A DNA stretch of 32,000 nucleotides from Idiomarina loihiensis L2TR (GTDB lineage: Bacteria; Pseudomonadota; Gammaproteobacteria; Enterobacterales; Alteromonadaceae), in NCBI RefSeq assembly GCF_000008465.1, contig NC_006512.1, forward strand, positions 810,001 through 842,000, given 5' to 3'. Positions 1 to 8,926 of this stretch are shown here, piece after piece (position 1 is the stretch's first letter; the number at the start of each line of letters is the position of its first letter). The position numbers were made by a program, and so were the translations under genes. The notes below the pieces were generated by a model that made no database searches, was not told the origin of the DNA, and saw only the letters and a program-made list of their open reading frames with translations.

Positions 1-767
1 TTATTTGCCAGCCGCTGTTTAAGTTCGTCGTCCCATTGCTCTACGGTAAAAACCGACTGCGAGCCTTCCAGCATGACACAATCACCAGTCAAAGTTCCTT
101 CTATACCAAACTGACGTATTCGCTCAGCTACTATCTCGTTGAATAAATAGCTGCGCAGTGCAGACAAATAGAGGCTTCGCTTGCTGCGGCTGATACGCGG
201 GGGGCGGCTCGCCATAAGCCAGCGCTCAGCTTGTGCAACGTTATCTCCGCTGCGGCCAAAGCGCTGTTCGCCAAAATAATTTATTACGCCCTGCTCACTC
301 ACACCTTGCCAGAGGTTTTCAAGTGCCTCGCGGGAGCTGACATTAGCTAACCTGATAACGAAGCGGTTCGCACGGTGAAACCCCGTCTTTAATTTCTTGG
401 TTCTGCGTATTATTCGCTCAACCGACATTTCTTCATCGTTTAACTCATTCCAGTTAAGCGTTTCTTTGCCGGGTAGTTGAATGGAAAACCATTGCCAGGT
501 CACTGCCTGGCGATCTTTTAATCCGGAATAACTGACATTTCTTTCTGATACTCCGGCAAACCGGGCTATTTTTTCTGCACAAAAATTTGTATTAGCCCCG
601 GTTTTTCTAACCCAAAGCCACTGGTGCTCACCTTCACCGTCATCAATAACATCCAACTGCTCAATAACCTGAAAATCTTCCGGCGTCTGTTTAAATTCGG
701 CCTGCGGTCTGTCGCCTTTATGTAAACGCGGTAAATCAGCCAAAGACACTTGTGAGGGTGCCAACAT
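1..767 (-). CDS. truD: tRNA pseudouridine(13) synthase TruD, N-terminal 255 codons (3' end runs off the left edge)
   Basis: Absent from the ORF track because it is open at the window edge. Hand translation from ATG at 767 gives [102 protein letters not shown], which matches TruD landmarks. The start overlaps the ispF stop (TAATG). The ispD-ispF-truD order is canonical. Confidence 0.85.
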   Translation of the reverse strand, partial: MLAPSQVSLADLPRLHKGDRPQAEFKQTPEDFQVIEQLDVIDDGEGEHQWLWVRKTGANTNFCAEKIARFAGVSERNVSYSGLKDRQAVTWQWFSIQLPGKETLNWNELNDEEMSVERIIRRTKKLKTGFHRANRFVIRLANVSSREALENLWQGVSEQGVINYFGEQRFGRSGDNVAQAERWLMASRPPRISRSKRSLYLSALRSYLFNEIVAERIRQFGIEGTLTGDCVMLEGSQSVFTVEQWDDELKQRLAN

Positions 768-1246
768 TAAAATGACTCCATCAGAACCACAGCATGACAG
801 GCAATACCCTCTTCACGCCCCACAAAGCCTAATTTTTCTGTCGTTGTCGCTTTAACATTCACATTGTCGATGCAGGTTTTTAAACACTGGGCAATGCTGG
901 ACCGCATATCGTCAATATGTGGTGCCATTTTCGGAGCCTGAGCTACAATGGTTACGTCAATGTTACCCGTCTTAAACTCTTTTTCCTGACATAGACTTAC
1001 GGCATGACTCAGCAATTCGGCACTATCCGCCCCGGCATAGCGTTCATCGGTATCAGGAAAGTGCTGGCCAATATCACCTAACGCTAAAGCGCCTAATACC
1101 GCGTCGGTGACAGCATGCAGAACAACATCTCCGTCGGAATGAGCGACAAGTCCCTGATGATGCTCAATTTCAACACCACCTAAAATCAAAGGCTTATCAG
1201 AGCCCCAACGATGAACGTCATAACCATGACCAACACGGATTTTCAT
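767..1246 (-). CDS. ispF: 2-C-methyl-D-erythritol 2,4-cyclodiphosphate synthase
   Basis: 159-aa ORF. It has the [14 protein letters not shown] start and the [11 protein letters not shown] and [11 protein letters not shown] metal/substrate motifs typical of IspF. It lies 14 nt downstream of ispD. Confidence 0.97.
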   Translation of the reverse strand: MKIRVGHGYDVHRWGSDKPLILGGVEIEHHQGLVAHSDGDVVLHAVTDAVLGALALGDIGQHFPDTDERYAGADSAELLSHAVSLCQEKEFKTGNIDVTIVAQAPKMAPHIDDMRSSIAQCLKTCIDNVNVKATTTEKLGFVGREEGIACHAVVLMESF

Positions 1247-1260
1247 GAACGATGCCCTCT

Positions 1261-2031
1261 TTAATTTTTATGATCATTATTGTCCGCTAATAACCAGTCG
1301 CGAACACATTCAAAATCTTCCGGGTGAGTCACTTTTAAGTTGCGGATAGAGCCAGGAATAAGCGCCGGCTGGAAACCACACCACTGCATAGCAGAAGCTT
1401 CATCAGTTAACTGAGGGTTTAATGCCCCCATATGCTCTATGGCTTGTTGTAAACGCTCTGCATTAAAAACTTGTGGTGTCTGCGCCTGCCACAAGGCCTC
1501 CCGATCAACACTGGATTCTATATGGGTAACACCGGTTTCATCATTGACAGAGATAACAGCGCGTTTTAAGGAATCTCTTACCGGAATGGCAAGAATTGCG
1601 CCTTGAGGGTCCTTTAATCCGGTATTAATGACCGCTGTTAATGCCTTTTTTGGTAGGCATGGACGTGCTGCGTCATGTACCAGCACATGGGTAGCCCCTT
1701 GCGAAACAGCAACTTTAACTCCAGCCAATACGGATTCAGCGCGGCTGTTGCCGCCTGTCACAAAATGAACCTTTGTTGGCAGGCTCTTTTTAAGTTCAAT
1801 AAGGTATTCAGCATTAGAGTCAGAAACCGCAACGAAAACCTGTTCAACCCGCGCATCCTTTAATACGGCTTCGATGCTGTACTCCAGCAAAGTCCGGTTA
1901 GCGACCATCAGAAACTGCTTAGGGATGTTAGCCTGCATCCGGCTTCCGCTGCCAGCCGCAGGGATCACAGCCATTAACGAATCAATCTGGCTTTGTGCGT
2001 GGCTTTCAGACTCACTCTTCATCTCGCTCAC
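1261..2031 (-). CDS. ispD: 2-C-methyl-D-erythritol 4-phosphate cytidylyltransferase
   Basis: ORF with the [10 protein letters not shown] and VLVHDAARP motifs and end-to-end similarity to E. coli IspD as I recall it. The start is uncertain: GTG at 2031, ATG at 2022, or ATG at 1974. Confidence 0.95.
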   Translation of the reverse strand: MSEMKSESESHAQSQIDSLMAVIPAAGSGSRMQANIPKQFLMVANRTLLEYSIEAVLKDARVEQVFVAVSDSNAEYLIELKKSLPTKVHFVTGGNSRAESVLAGVKVAVSQGATHVLVHDAARPCLPKKALTAVINTGLKDPQGAILAIPVRDSLKRAVISVNDETGVTHIESSVDREALWQAQTPQVFNAERLQQAIEHMGALNPQLTDEASAMQWCGFQPALIPGSIRNLKVTHPEDFECVRDWLLADNNDHKN

Positions 2032-2040
2032 CCGCTCAGG

Positions 2041-2322
2041 CTATGGATTACGATCAGGTACAAGACGGAAGAAAACTTCATCCTTTTTTACCATCCCTAG
2101 TTCGTTACGGGCACGCTCCTCCAGCGCATCTTCCCCTTCGCGCAAATCTTCAATATCTGCGTAAATGAGTTGATTACGTCTTTCCAGATTTTCATTCGTA
2201 TTTTTCTGATTGCTGACTTCTTGCTGCAACCGCCAATAATCCGGTAGGCTATTTTTGCCAAACCACAGACGGTATTGTAACGCAAGGAACAAGGCCAACA
2301 ACACGACCAGAGTCACCCGCAT
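2041..2322 (-). CDS. ftsB: cell division protein FtsB
   Basis: ORF-track entry 2041..2505 trimmed to ATG 2322. The product MRVTLVVLLALFLALQYRLWFGKNS..EERARNELGMVKKDEVFFRLV (93 aa) has one N-terminal TM helix plus a coiled coil and is close to E. coli FtsB. Confidence 0.9.
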   Translation of the reverse strand: MRVTLVVLLALFLALQYRLWFGKNSLPDYWRLQQEVSNQKNTNENLERRNQLIYADIEDLREGEDALEERARNELGMVKKDEVFFRLVPDRNP

Positions 2323-2414
2323 GCTCAGCTCCGTTGTTTTTCCTGTTATCATTATGAAGACTATTGACGTGACTGAAAAGCCGTTTTCAGCATTATAAGA
2401 CAAAAGAGGTTCAT

Positions 2415-3137
2415 TTGGAGTATTTCGCTGCCGCAATAGTATTTTTCTTCGCAGCTTTGGTTCAGGGGGTAAGCGGTTTTGGCTCCGGTTTGTTAGCCGT
2501 CCCAATTCTGGCGCTGTGGTTCCCTATTAGCGTACTTACGCCTGCACTGTCTGTCATTAATATCGTGATTGGCGGCTGGATCTACTGGAAAAACAGAGAG
2601 GCGGCTCGCCCATCTCAGTGGAAATGGTTAATTTTTTCAGGCGTCATTGCTTCTCTGGTATCGGGATCTTTGCTGTTAAGCGTAAACGAACAGTTTATTA
2701 AACTGATTCTTGGTTTTGTCATACTGGCTGTTGCGCTCGCTTTGGCTAGCGGTAAACAACTCTCTACTGCTGAACATGCGCCCGGACATATTGCGGTAGG
2801 TACAGGCTCTGGCTTGCTCAACGGGTTAATGACATTAGGCGGGCCTCCTATTGTTTTATTTCTGGCCAATGCCCGTATCCCAAAACAACAGTTTCGCGCT
2901 ACACTCAGTCTGTTTTTCTGCTGCATTGCCATGGCAAACGTCGCTAACTTCTCACGCCAGTCTATTTACGCAGAGCCCCATCTCTATCTGGTACTCGCTT
3001 TACTACCTTGTGCGCTTATAGGCGCCAGCGTGGGACAAAGACTTCAACAGCATGTATCAGAACAACGTTTTAGACAATTTACTCTGGCACTAATGATACT
3101 TTCGGGACTCAGTGTCGTATTGCAAAGTATTAAATAG
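2415..3137 (+). CDS. TSUP / TauE-SafE family anion exporter-like membrane protein
   Basis: 240-aa polytopic membrane ORF. TTG start at 2415 is preceded by AAGAGG. It has two glycine-rich repeats (GVSGFGSGLL and LMTLGGPPIV), typical of the 4+4 TM TSUP family. Confidence 0.75.
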   Translation: MEYFAAAIVFFFAALVQGVSGFGSGLLAVPILALWFPISVLTPALSVINIVIGGWIYWKNREAARPSQWKWLIFSGVIASLVSGSLLLSVNEQFIKLILGFVILAVALALASGKQLSTAEHAPGHIAVGTGSGLLNGLMTLGGPPIVLFLANARIPKQQFRATLSLFFCCIAMANVANFSRQSIYAEPHLYLVLALLPCALIGASVGQRLQQHVSEQRFRQFTLALMILSGLSVVLQSIK

Positions 3138-3177
3138 TTTTAGTACTCCCGCCAACGGCTCTGGTAAAATTAAATTT

Positions 3178-5667
3178 ATGCTTGAAACCCTGTACGCATT
3201 TTTCGATTTGGGTCAATTTTCCCAGTCCCCTATAAATGGCTCCCATAACCCGGGGTTAGTCATACTCTCCTATTGCGTCGCGCTGCTAGCTTCTTATACC
3301 GCGATACTCACACTGGAACGTGTACAAATATATCAGGCTAAGGTTGCTCGCTACAGTTGGTTAATTGTCAGCGCAGTTATCTCTGGCGTTGGTGTCTGGA
3401 GTATGCATTTTATTGGCATGCTGGCTTTTGAGCTTCACCTGCCCATGAGTCATAGCGTGTTGTTAACGCTTATTTCAGTTGTTCCTGCCATTGTCGGCAG
3501 CTTTATAGCAATGAAAATTCAAATGTCTTTGTCATCGGTGCGTGCAACACTCATCGCCGGAACTGTTTTGGGCGCCGGTATTGGCCTGATGCACTATACC
3601 GGAATGGCTGCAATGGAAATGTCAGCTCACCTTCGTTATGACCCTCTCTGGTTTGTACTTTCGGTATTTGTCGCCGTATCGTTGGGCATCATAGCTTTAT
3701 TGGCATATCGCCATTATAAAAAATCGGAAAGAACCAGCTGGTTCAGGCGCAGAAGCGCACAAATTGTTGTTGCCGCCATTATTGCTCTGGCTATTTCTGG
3801 TATGCACTATACCGCCATGATAGCAGCCAATTTTTACCCTACCCGGGCACCCGATGCGGTATTCAGCGGCCATGGCAACTGGCTGGCTTACGTTGTCGGA
3901 ATTGGCTCGTGCTTAACCGCTATAATGGCCATTATAGCCTCTCAGATAGACAGACGCTTGCAACAACAGCAAAAGTTAGCCCAAATGTCTGCAGAGCAAC
4001 TTTATGAAGTTATTAGTGCCATAGATGACGGCTTGCTGCTATTCGACGAACACAACCGTGTTTTGTTAGCGAATCAGGCATTTACGCGACTTACCGGAGA
4101 TGACCTGGAACGAATAAAAGGCAGTAAACTCAATATTGAAGACTATATTGAGCGCTCAGATAAGTTACTGGAGAATATTAAGAACTCACTAGCCCGCAGA
4201 GTTGCCTGGCAAGGTAAAGTTAATGTAAGAAAACGTTCTGGTACGACTTTCCCTGTTCGCTTAAGTATTTCAAAAGTACGCTATAACCAACAGAAAGAAC
4301 GACATTTTGTAGCAACGGTCACAGACATTAGTGCAGAAGTTGAATCCAGTGAACGTATTCGTTATCTGGCTTACAACGATGCGTTAACCGGGTTAGCGAA
4401 CCGCCGCTCTTTGTTGGATCATTTGCAAGATCAGCTCGCAACTTATAAAGAAGCAGGCCAAAACGGCGCGTTAATTCTCTGTGATATCGATAAATTTAAA
4501 ATACTGAATAACACCCTGGGTTCGGATATGGGTGATTTACTGTTAAAACGCGTGGCAGAAAGGCTGCAAAGTTCGACGAAAGCCAACTCATTCCTGGCGC
4601 GTTTGAGCGCGAACGAATTCGCGGTCGTGCTAACCGGACTTGAGCGTGGTAATTCAGTCAATATAAAACAGCAATTGCTGACCCGAATTTATCAATTGCT
4701 GGATCAACTGCAACAGCCCTATCAGCTCAACAGCTACACGCACCTTTGCTCCTTTAGCGCAGGCGCTTCCTTGTTTGACGACAGCGAATCAAATGCTGAA
4801 ACCTTAATGACCCAGTCAGGCCTGGCATTATCTCACTCAAAACGCAAAGGTACGGGAGAAGTCTCACTGTTTCGTCAGGAGTTTGCTGATGCAGTAAGTA
4901 AGCGAGTCAAACTGGAAGAGCAACTGCGTAATGCAATAAAACAGAACGAATTCGAACTTTATCTGCAACCTCAGGTAAATATTGAGTCAAAGCCCACCGG
5001 AGCTGAGGCGCTCATCCGCTGGAAACAAAGTGATGGCCGCTTTGTTTCTCCTGCTGACTTCATTCCTTTAGCCGAGGAAACCGGCTTAATTGTTCCTTTA
5101 GGGTACTGGATTACTGAGCGTGCCTGCCAAATTCTCCAGCAATGGCAACAGAGCCCTGAAAAAGCAAAGATGCAACTGTCGATTAACGTCAGTGCCAAAC
5201 AGTTTCAGCAGCCCGAGTTTGTTGAGCAGGTTCAACTTCTGGTAGAGAAGTACGAGATACGGCCTCATCGGTTAAAGCTAGAGCTCACTGAGAGTTTGCT
5301 GATGGATGACATTTCCAGCGTAACCAATAAAATAAAGCAATTAAAGCGCCTTGGGATTGAGTTCGCACTGGATGACTTCGGTACGGGTTACTCGTCGCTT
5401 TCTTATCTTATGCAAATTCCGTTCGACACCCTGAAAATTGACGTATCTTTCGTACGTAACATGCTGGATAGTATGGAAAAGGCTCAAATTGTTTACACTA
5501 TTATTCAGCTAGGAGAAAGCCTTAAACTGAATATTGTTGCTGAGGGAGTAGAAACCGAAGAACAGTTTAATTATTTGGCGCGACTAAATTGCGATACCTT
5601 TCAAGGTTACCTGTTCAGCAAACCCGTACCTGAGTCTGAATTTCTGGCAGATAAGACAGCCCCATAG
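3178..5667 (+). CDS. MHYT-PAS-(degenerate GGDEF)-EAL signalling protein, predicted c-di-GMP phosphodiesterase
   Basis: Trimmed to ATG 3178, after the TauE stop. There are three MHYT-type repeats in TM helices (WSMHFIGM, GLMHYTGM, SGMHYTAM) and a PAS-like segment (LYEVISAIDDGLLLFDEHNRVLLANQAF). The GGDEF domain reads SANEF at the signature position. The EAL domain has EALIRW, ELTE, DDFGTGYSSL, EGVET and QGY intact. Confidence 0.9.
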   Translation: MLETLYAFFDLGQFSQSPINGSHNPGLVILSYCVALLASYTAILTLERVQIYQAKVARYSWLIVSAVISGVGVWSMHFIGMLAFELHLPMSHSVLLTLISVVPAIVGSFIAMKIQMSLSSVRATLIAGTVLGAGIGLMHYTGMAAMEMSAHLRYDPLWFVLSVFVAVSLGIIALLAYRHYKKSERTSWFRRRSAQIVVAAIIALAISGMHYTAMIAANFYPTRAPDAVFSGHGNWLAYVVGIGSCLTAIMAIIASQIDRRLQQQQKLAQMSAEQLYEVISAIDDGLLLFDEHNRVLLANQAFTRLTGDDLERIKGSKLNIEDYIERSDKLLENIKNSLARRVAWQGKVNVRKRSGTTFPVRLSISKVRYNQQKERHFVATVTDISAEVESSERIRYLAYNDALTGLANRRSLLDHLQDQLATYKEAGQNGALILCDIDKFKILNNTLGSDMGDLLLKRVAERLQSSTKANSFLARLSANEFAVVLTGLERGNSVNIKQQLLTRIYQLLDQLQQPYQLNSYTHLCSFSAGASLFDDSESNAETLMTQSGLALSHSKRKGTGEVSLFRQEFADAVSKRVKLEEQLRNAIKQNEFELYLQPQVNIESKPTGAEALIRWKQSDGRFVSPADFIPLAEETGLIVPLGYWITERACQILQQWQQSPEKAKMQLSINVSAKQFQQPEFVEQVQLLVEKYEIRPHRLKLELTESLLMDDISSVTNKIKQLKRLGIEFALDDFGTGYSSLSYLMQIPFDTLKIDVSFVRNMLDSMEKAQIVYTIIQLGESLKLNIVAEGVETEEQFNYLARLNCDTFQGYLFSKPVPESEFLADKTAP

Positions 5668-5668
5668 C

Positions 5669-5935
5669 TTAACGTAACTGGCTGTCTTTACTTCCACGCC
5701 GGTTAAAACCCGCTTTGTTTGAGTCCTGCTTGTCGAGTTCCGCCTGACATTCCACACACAGACGAACACCAGGAATCGCTTTGCGCCTGGCCTCCGGAAT
5801 AGGCTCGCCACATTCTTCGCAAAACTCCAGACTTTCCCCGCCGGTAAGTTTGCTGCGTACACGTTTTACTTCATCTTCGGTACTGGCATCAATTTGTTCC
5901 TGTACGGCACCATCGTGCGACCAGCCACCCGCCAT
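5669..5935 (-). CDS. ybiI: DksA/TraR-family C4 zinc-finger protein (YbiI-like)
   Basis: Trimmed to ATG 5935, giving 88 aa. MAGGWSHDGAVQEQ..CEECGEPIPEARRKAIPGVRLCVECQ..NRRGSKDSQLR is near-colinear with E. coli YbiI as I recall it. It has a CxxC..CxxC zinc finger. Confidence 0.85.
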   Translation of the reverse strand: MAGGWSHDGAVQEQIDASTEDEVKRVRSKLTGGESLEFCEECGEPIPEARRKAIPGVRLCVECQAELDKQDSNKAGFNRRGSKDSQLR

Positions 5936-6042
5936 ATACAACTCCTTAGAAAAATGGAGAACACAAACAGACGCTGAGTCTGATACATTAACTATAACGT
6001 AAAAATACATTGCTATTCAGGTTTTACCTATAAGAAACGCCT

Positions 6043-6345
6043 ATGAAACTTATTTATACCCATGAAAACAAACTATTAGTGGAAAACGCCCGTAACCTAT
6101 TACAAATGGAAGGCATTGAAACAGTTATGAAAAATGAGTTTTCCAGTGGCGCCGCTGGTGATTTAGCGCCATTGGATACCTGGCCTGAATTATGGCTTGT
6201 TGATGATACTCAACTCGCTGTCGCAAAAACACTGATTGAAAATATGGAAGAACAAGCGAACGGCCCGGACTGGCGTTGCAATAATTGTCAGGAAATTAAC
6301 GGAGCCGCTTTTGAAGTATGCTGGAGTTGCGGAAACCCGGCTTAA
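6043..6345 (+). CDS. DUF2007-like small protein with C-terminal zinc ribbon
   Basis: 100-aa ORF. The N-terminal part resembles the DUF2007 putative signal-transducing fold (ENARNLLQMEGIE). The C-terminus is WRCNNCQ..CWSCG (CxxC-x11-CxxC). Confidence 0.6.
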   Translation: MKLIYTHENKLLVENARNLLQMEGIETVMKNEFSSGAAGDLAPLDTWPELWLVDDTQLAVAKTLIENMEEQANGPDWRCNNCQEINGAAFEVCWSCGNPA

Positions 6346-6376
6346 CCAAATCATACGGAACAAAAGGAGACATAAA

Positions 6377-6799
6377 ATGAACGGAAGTGAAACTTATACA
6401 ATGGCTTATTGGGGCGTACTCATTGCTCTGGTCATTTTGCTGGTTCAATGGGTTATTGCCAGCGGTCAAAAAGCGAAACAACCCGGTGCCGTTCCGGGTA
6501 AAATCGACGACTCACTGAGTCATTCATCTTTTGTGTTTCGTGCTCACCGCACGCTAATGAACTCGTTAGAAAACTATCCGCTGATGCTGGGCACAGTATT
6601 TCTGGCCTTCTTCATAGGTGTCAGCGCTTTCTGGACAGGGATATTTATCTGGATTTTCGCTATTGCTCGCTTAATTCACATGGTTCTTTACTACGCCATA
6701 GCAACGGAGAAAAACCCCAGCCCCCGCAGCTATTTCTTTATGATTGGGCTAGCAGCTAACGTTGCTTTGCTTATTTTGTGCGGTGTCACTCTGGTTTAA
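6377..6799 (+). CDS. MAPEG-family membrane protein
   Basis: Trimmed to ATG 6377, preceded by AAGGAGA. The 140-aa product has four hydrophobic helices and an RAHRN-like segment (FRAHRTLMNSLENYP), typical of MAPEG/glutathione-transferase-like membrane proteins. Confidence 0.65.
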   Translation: MNGSETYTMAYWGVLIALVILLVQWVIASGQKAKQPGAVPGKIDDSLSHSSFVFRAHRTLMNSLENYPLMLGTVFLAFFIGVSAFWTGIFIWIFAIARLIHMVLYYAIATEKNPSPRSYFFMIGLAANVALLILCGVTLV

Positions 6800-6825
6800 A
6801 AGCCGTTAAATTTTTTCTGGGCTGA

Positions 6826-7482
6826 TCACACATCAGACCATTCTCTTAACAGGTTATGAAACACCTTAGTCAGGCGATCAAAGTTTTCAGACTTACCGTT
6901 TGCATCAAACTCAGCTTTCAACGATTGTTCTATATCAAAGAGTAGCTCCCTGTAATTCGGCTGTTTAACCAAGCTTTGCACCCAGCCTATCATTGCCAGC
7001 CGGGAACCTTTAGTCACCGGATTAACCCGATGCAGGTAATGGCTCGGATACATAAGAATATCCCCCTGCCCAAGCCGCCAGCTCCGCTCACCACTGGCAT
7101 CCTCAATAACCAGCTCTCCGCCTTCAAAATCCGATAAGGGTGACAAACCCAGCGTAAAAGAAATATCGGTTCTTACCCCGTTCATTAAGGAGTCGTCCAT
7201 GTGGGTACCGTAGTACTCTCCCTGCTGATATCGGTTTATAGTCACCCGCGCCACCTGCTTTGGCCGCATAACCGATTGCACCAGAGCGTTTTGCTGAAGC
7301 CTGTCCAGCAGCACTTGTGTAGCTGCCTCAGACTTTTTACCCGACAGTTGCTGGTTATTTTTTACATCTTTCGCTGCCCAGCCTGCGGTTTTCTTACCAT
7401 CACTAAACTGCCCGGCATCAAGGCCTGCAACAATACTCTTTACCGTATCTGTATCTACGGCATTGCTAATTTGTAATATCAT
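6826..7482 (-). CDS. ybiX: PKHD-type Fe(II)/2-oxoglutarate-dependent hydroxylase (YbiX/PiuC)
   Basis: 218-aa ORF. Motifs VKNNQQ, NRYQQGEYYGTHMDD (HxD), GGELVIED, YPSHYLHRVNPVTKGSRLA and the C-terminal HNLLREWS are colinear with E. coli YbiX as I recall it. Confidence 0.88.
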   Translation of the reverse strand: MILQISNAVDTDTVKSIVAGLDAGQFSDGKKTAGWAAKDVKNNQQLSGKKSEAATQVLLDRLQQNALVQSVMRPKQVARVTINRYQQGEYYGTHMDDSLMNGVRTDISFTLGLSPLSDFEGGELVIEDASGERSWRLGQGDILMYPSHYLHRVNPVTKGSRLAMIGWVQSLVKQPNYRELLFDIEQSLKAEFDANGKSENFDRLTKVFHNLLREWSDV

Positions 7483-7500
7483 TATTCCACACTTCTAACT

Positions 7501-7515
7501 TGCGAATAGTTATCA
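7501..7515. promoter_or_regulatory. candidate Fur box in the ybiX / secreted-protein divergent intergenic region
   Basis: The reverse complement TGATAACTATTCGCA matches the 7-1-7 Fur core TGATAATnATTATCA at 11 of 14 defined positions. It overlaps a possible TTGCGA-N17/18-AATATA promoter facing the 7571 gene. ybiX/piuC homologues are iron-regulated in other bacteria. Confidence 0.3.
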
Positions 7516-7570
7516 TTTCTGCAAATATACATTAGTTAACTCTCGCAAAAAAGCATACTAAGGTCTTTAT

Positions 7571-8365
7571 ATGTTTGAAAAGAAAAAAGTTTGGCTTGGC
7601 GTTGGCAGTGTTCTGGCCACCACCGTAGCAGCATCACAGGTAACAGCAGCGCCACTGACTCAACCGGGCGCGGCACCTTCCATGTTCATGGCTGCCCCTA
7701 TGGCAGAAGGCGAAATGGCCGCTCCTGAAATTGATTTAAACACCAATGACACGGCTTTTCTGGCTCAACTCGGTTTTATTCGCGGCCATTTATGGGTGGG
7801 AATGAAACTGTACGAGCAAGGCCACATTGAAATGGCTAAAACTCACATGAAACACCCGGGTGACGAGCTCTATAGTGGTCTCACTGAAGCATTTGAAGCA
7901 CGCGGCTTACCCGGATTTGCCGAACCGTTAAATACCCTGGCGGAAAGTGTCATTAATGATAAAAATGAAGGCACGGTCATGAGCAACTACAAGGCTCTGC
8001 TGGACTCTATCAGCGCTAATGAACCTATAGCTGACATGTCAGCTAAAGACGTCATATTGAGTGTTTCATCAATGCTAATGGTAGCCGCCGACGAGTACGC
8101 TATAGGCATTCAAAATGGCGAAGTCACTAATGTTCACGAATATCAAGACGCCATGGGCTTTAAAGAAATTGCGCTTGAACGCTTAAACCGTATTAATTAT
8201 AAAGAAGCAGAAAAAGCTGAAGAAGCCATTAGCGAAACCCGCAAGGTCATCAGTAACCTTGAAAACCTCTGGCCTACTACTACCCCAGAAGGTGAATTTG
8301 AGGGAGATCCTAGTAAAATTTACGGTGCTGCCTCTCGTATTGAACTGGAAGCACGCAGCATTTAA
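7571..8365 (+). CDS. secreted (Sec signal peptide) alpha-helical protein of unknown function
   Basis: 264-aa ORF. The N-terminus MFEKKKVWLGVGSVLATTVAASQVTAAP looks like a cleavable signal peptide. The rest is helix-prone with His/Met/Glu clusters (RGHLWVGMKLYEQGHIEMAKTHMKHPGDE, NVHEYQD). I recognise no family. Confidence 0.6.
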   Translation: MFEKKKVWLGVGSVLATTVAASQVTAAPLTQPGAAPSMFMAAPMAEGEMAAPEIDLNTNDTAFLAQLGFIRGHLWVGMKLYEQGHIEMAKTHMKHPGDELYSGLTEAFEARGLPGFAEPLNTLAESVINDKNEGTVMSNYKALLDSISANEPIADMSAKDVILSVSSMLMVAADEYAIGIQNGEVTNVHEYQDAMGFKEIALERLNRINYKEAEKAEEAISETRKVISNLENLWPTTTPEGEFEGDPSKIYGAASRIELEARSI

Positions 8366-8500
8366 TACCTACCAACCTGCATTCGGCTTACTTCTTTTAC
8401 ACATAAAGGAGTAGGCCTGAGTTACCCCTTCATTTCACTCGCAAAAGCTCATTAAAGCAGTATTCTAAAGGCATCTTAAGTCAATTACGAAGGTGTCGTT

Positions 8501-8893
8501 ATGAGCATTCAGTCTCTTTGCAAAATTTCAGTCATTGCCGTGTCATTAGCTGGCTTGTTTATGAGCCAGTCAGCCAACGCAGGCGAAGGCGAAAACGTTT
8601 ACAAAAAATATTGTCAGGCATGTCATCAACCAAATGGCAAAGGCATGCAGGGCGTATTTCCTCCGCTGGCAGGAAATACAAATATCAAAGATAACCCCGA
8701 CTACATAGCTAAGACAATTATCAATGGTAAGTCCGGCGCGCTAACCGTTAACGGAACAAATTACAACGGAGCTATGCCGCCCATGGGTTATCTGAAAGAC
8801 GCCGATATAGCGACCTTAGCTAACTACATCAATACCGATCTTGCAGGCGGCAGTGAGACTATCACAGCCGAAGCCGTTGCCAGTTTGCGTTAA
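8501..8893 (+). CDS. periplasmic class I c-type cytochrome (monohaem)
   Basis: 130-aa ORF with a signal peptide, one CQACH haem-binding motif and a downstream MPPM segment that could supply the Met axial ligand. An SD-like GAAGGTG precedes the ATG. Confidence 0.85.
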   Translation: MSIQSLCKISVIAVSLAGLFMSQSANAGEGENVYKKYCQACHQPNGKGMQGVFPPLAGNTNIKDNPDYIAKTIINGKSGALTVNGTNYNGAMPPMGYLKDADIATLANYINTDLAGGSETITAEAVASLR

Positions 8894-8926
8894 ACCTATT
8901 TGTTATCAGTTAAAGGAAAAATAATT

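Noticed and set aside
1675-2164. Plus-strand ORFs 1675..1863 and 1874..2164, antisense to ispD/ftsB
   Set aside because: They are nested entirely opposite well-supported conserved genes. Composition is low-complexity Ser/Arg/Leu-rich, typical of antisense frames. No RBS.
2041-2505. Long versions of several track ORFs: ftsB 2041..2505, 3112.., 5669..6010, 6236.., 8900.., 10053.., 10663.., 15511.., 22156..22665, 23029..26190
   Set aside because: The N-terminal extensions overlap the upstream gene or a divergent promoter and encode non-homologous junk. Internal ATGs with Shine-Dalgarno sequences give products that start where the homologous families start.
8385-8417. Hairpin GGCTTACTTC..GGAGTAGGCC after the 7571 gene, considered as a terminator
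   Set aside because: The stem needs two G-U pairs, has a 13-nt loop and is not followed by a U-run. It is too weak to call, so operon continuity is left open.
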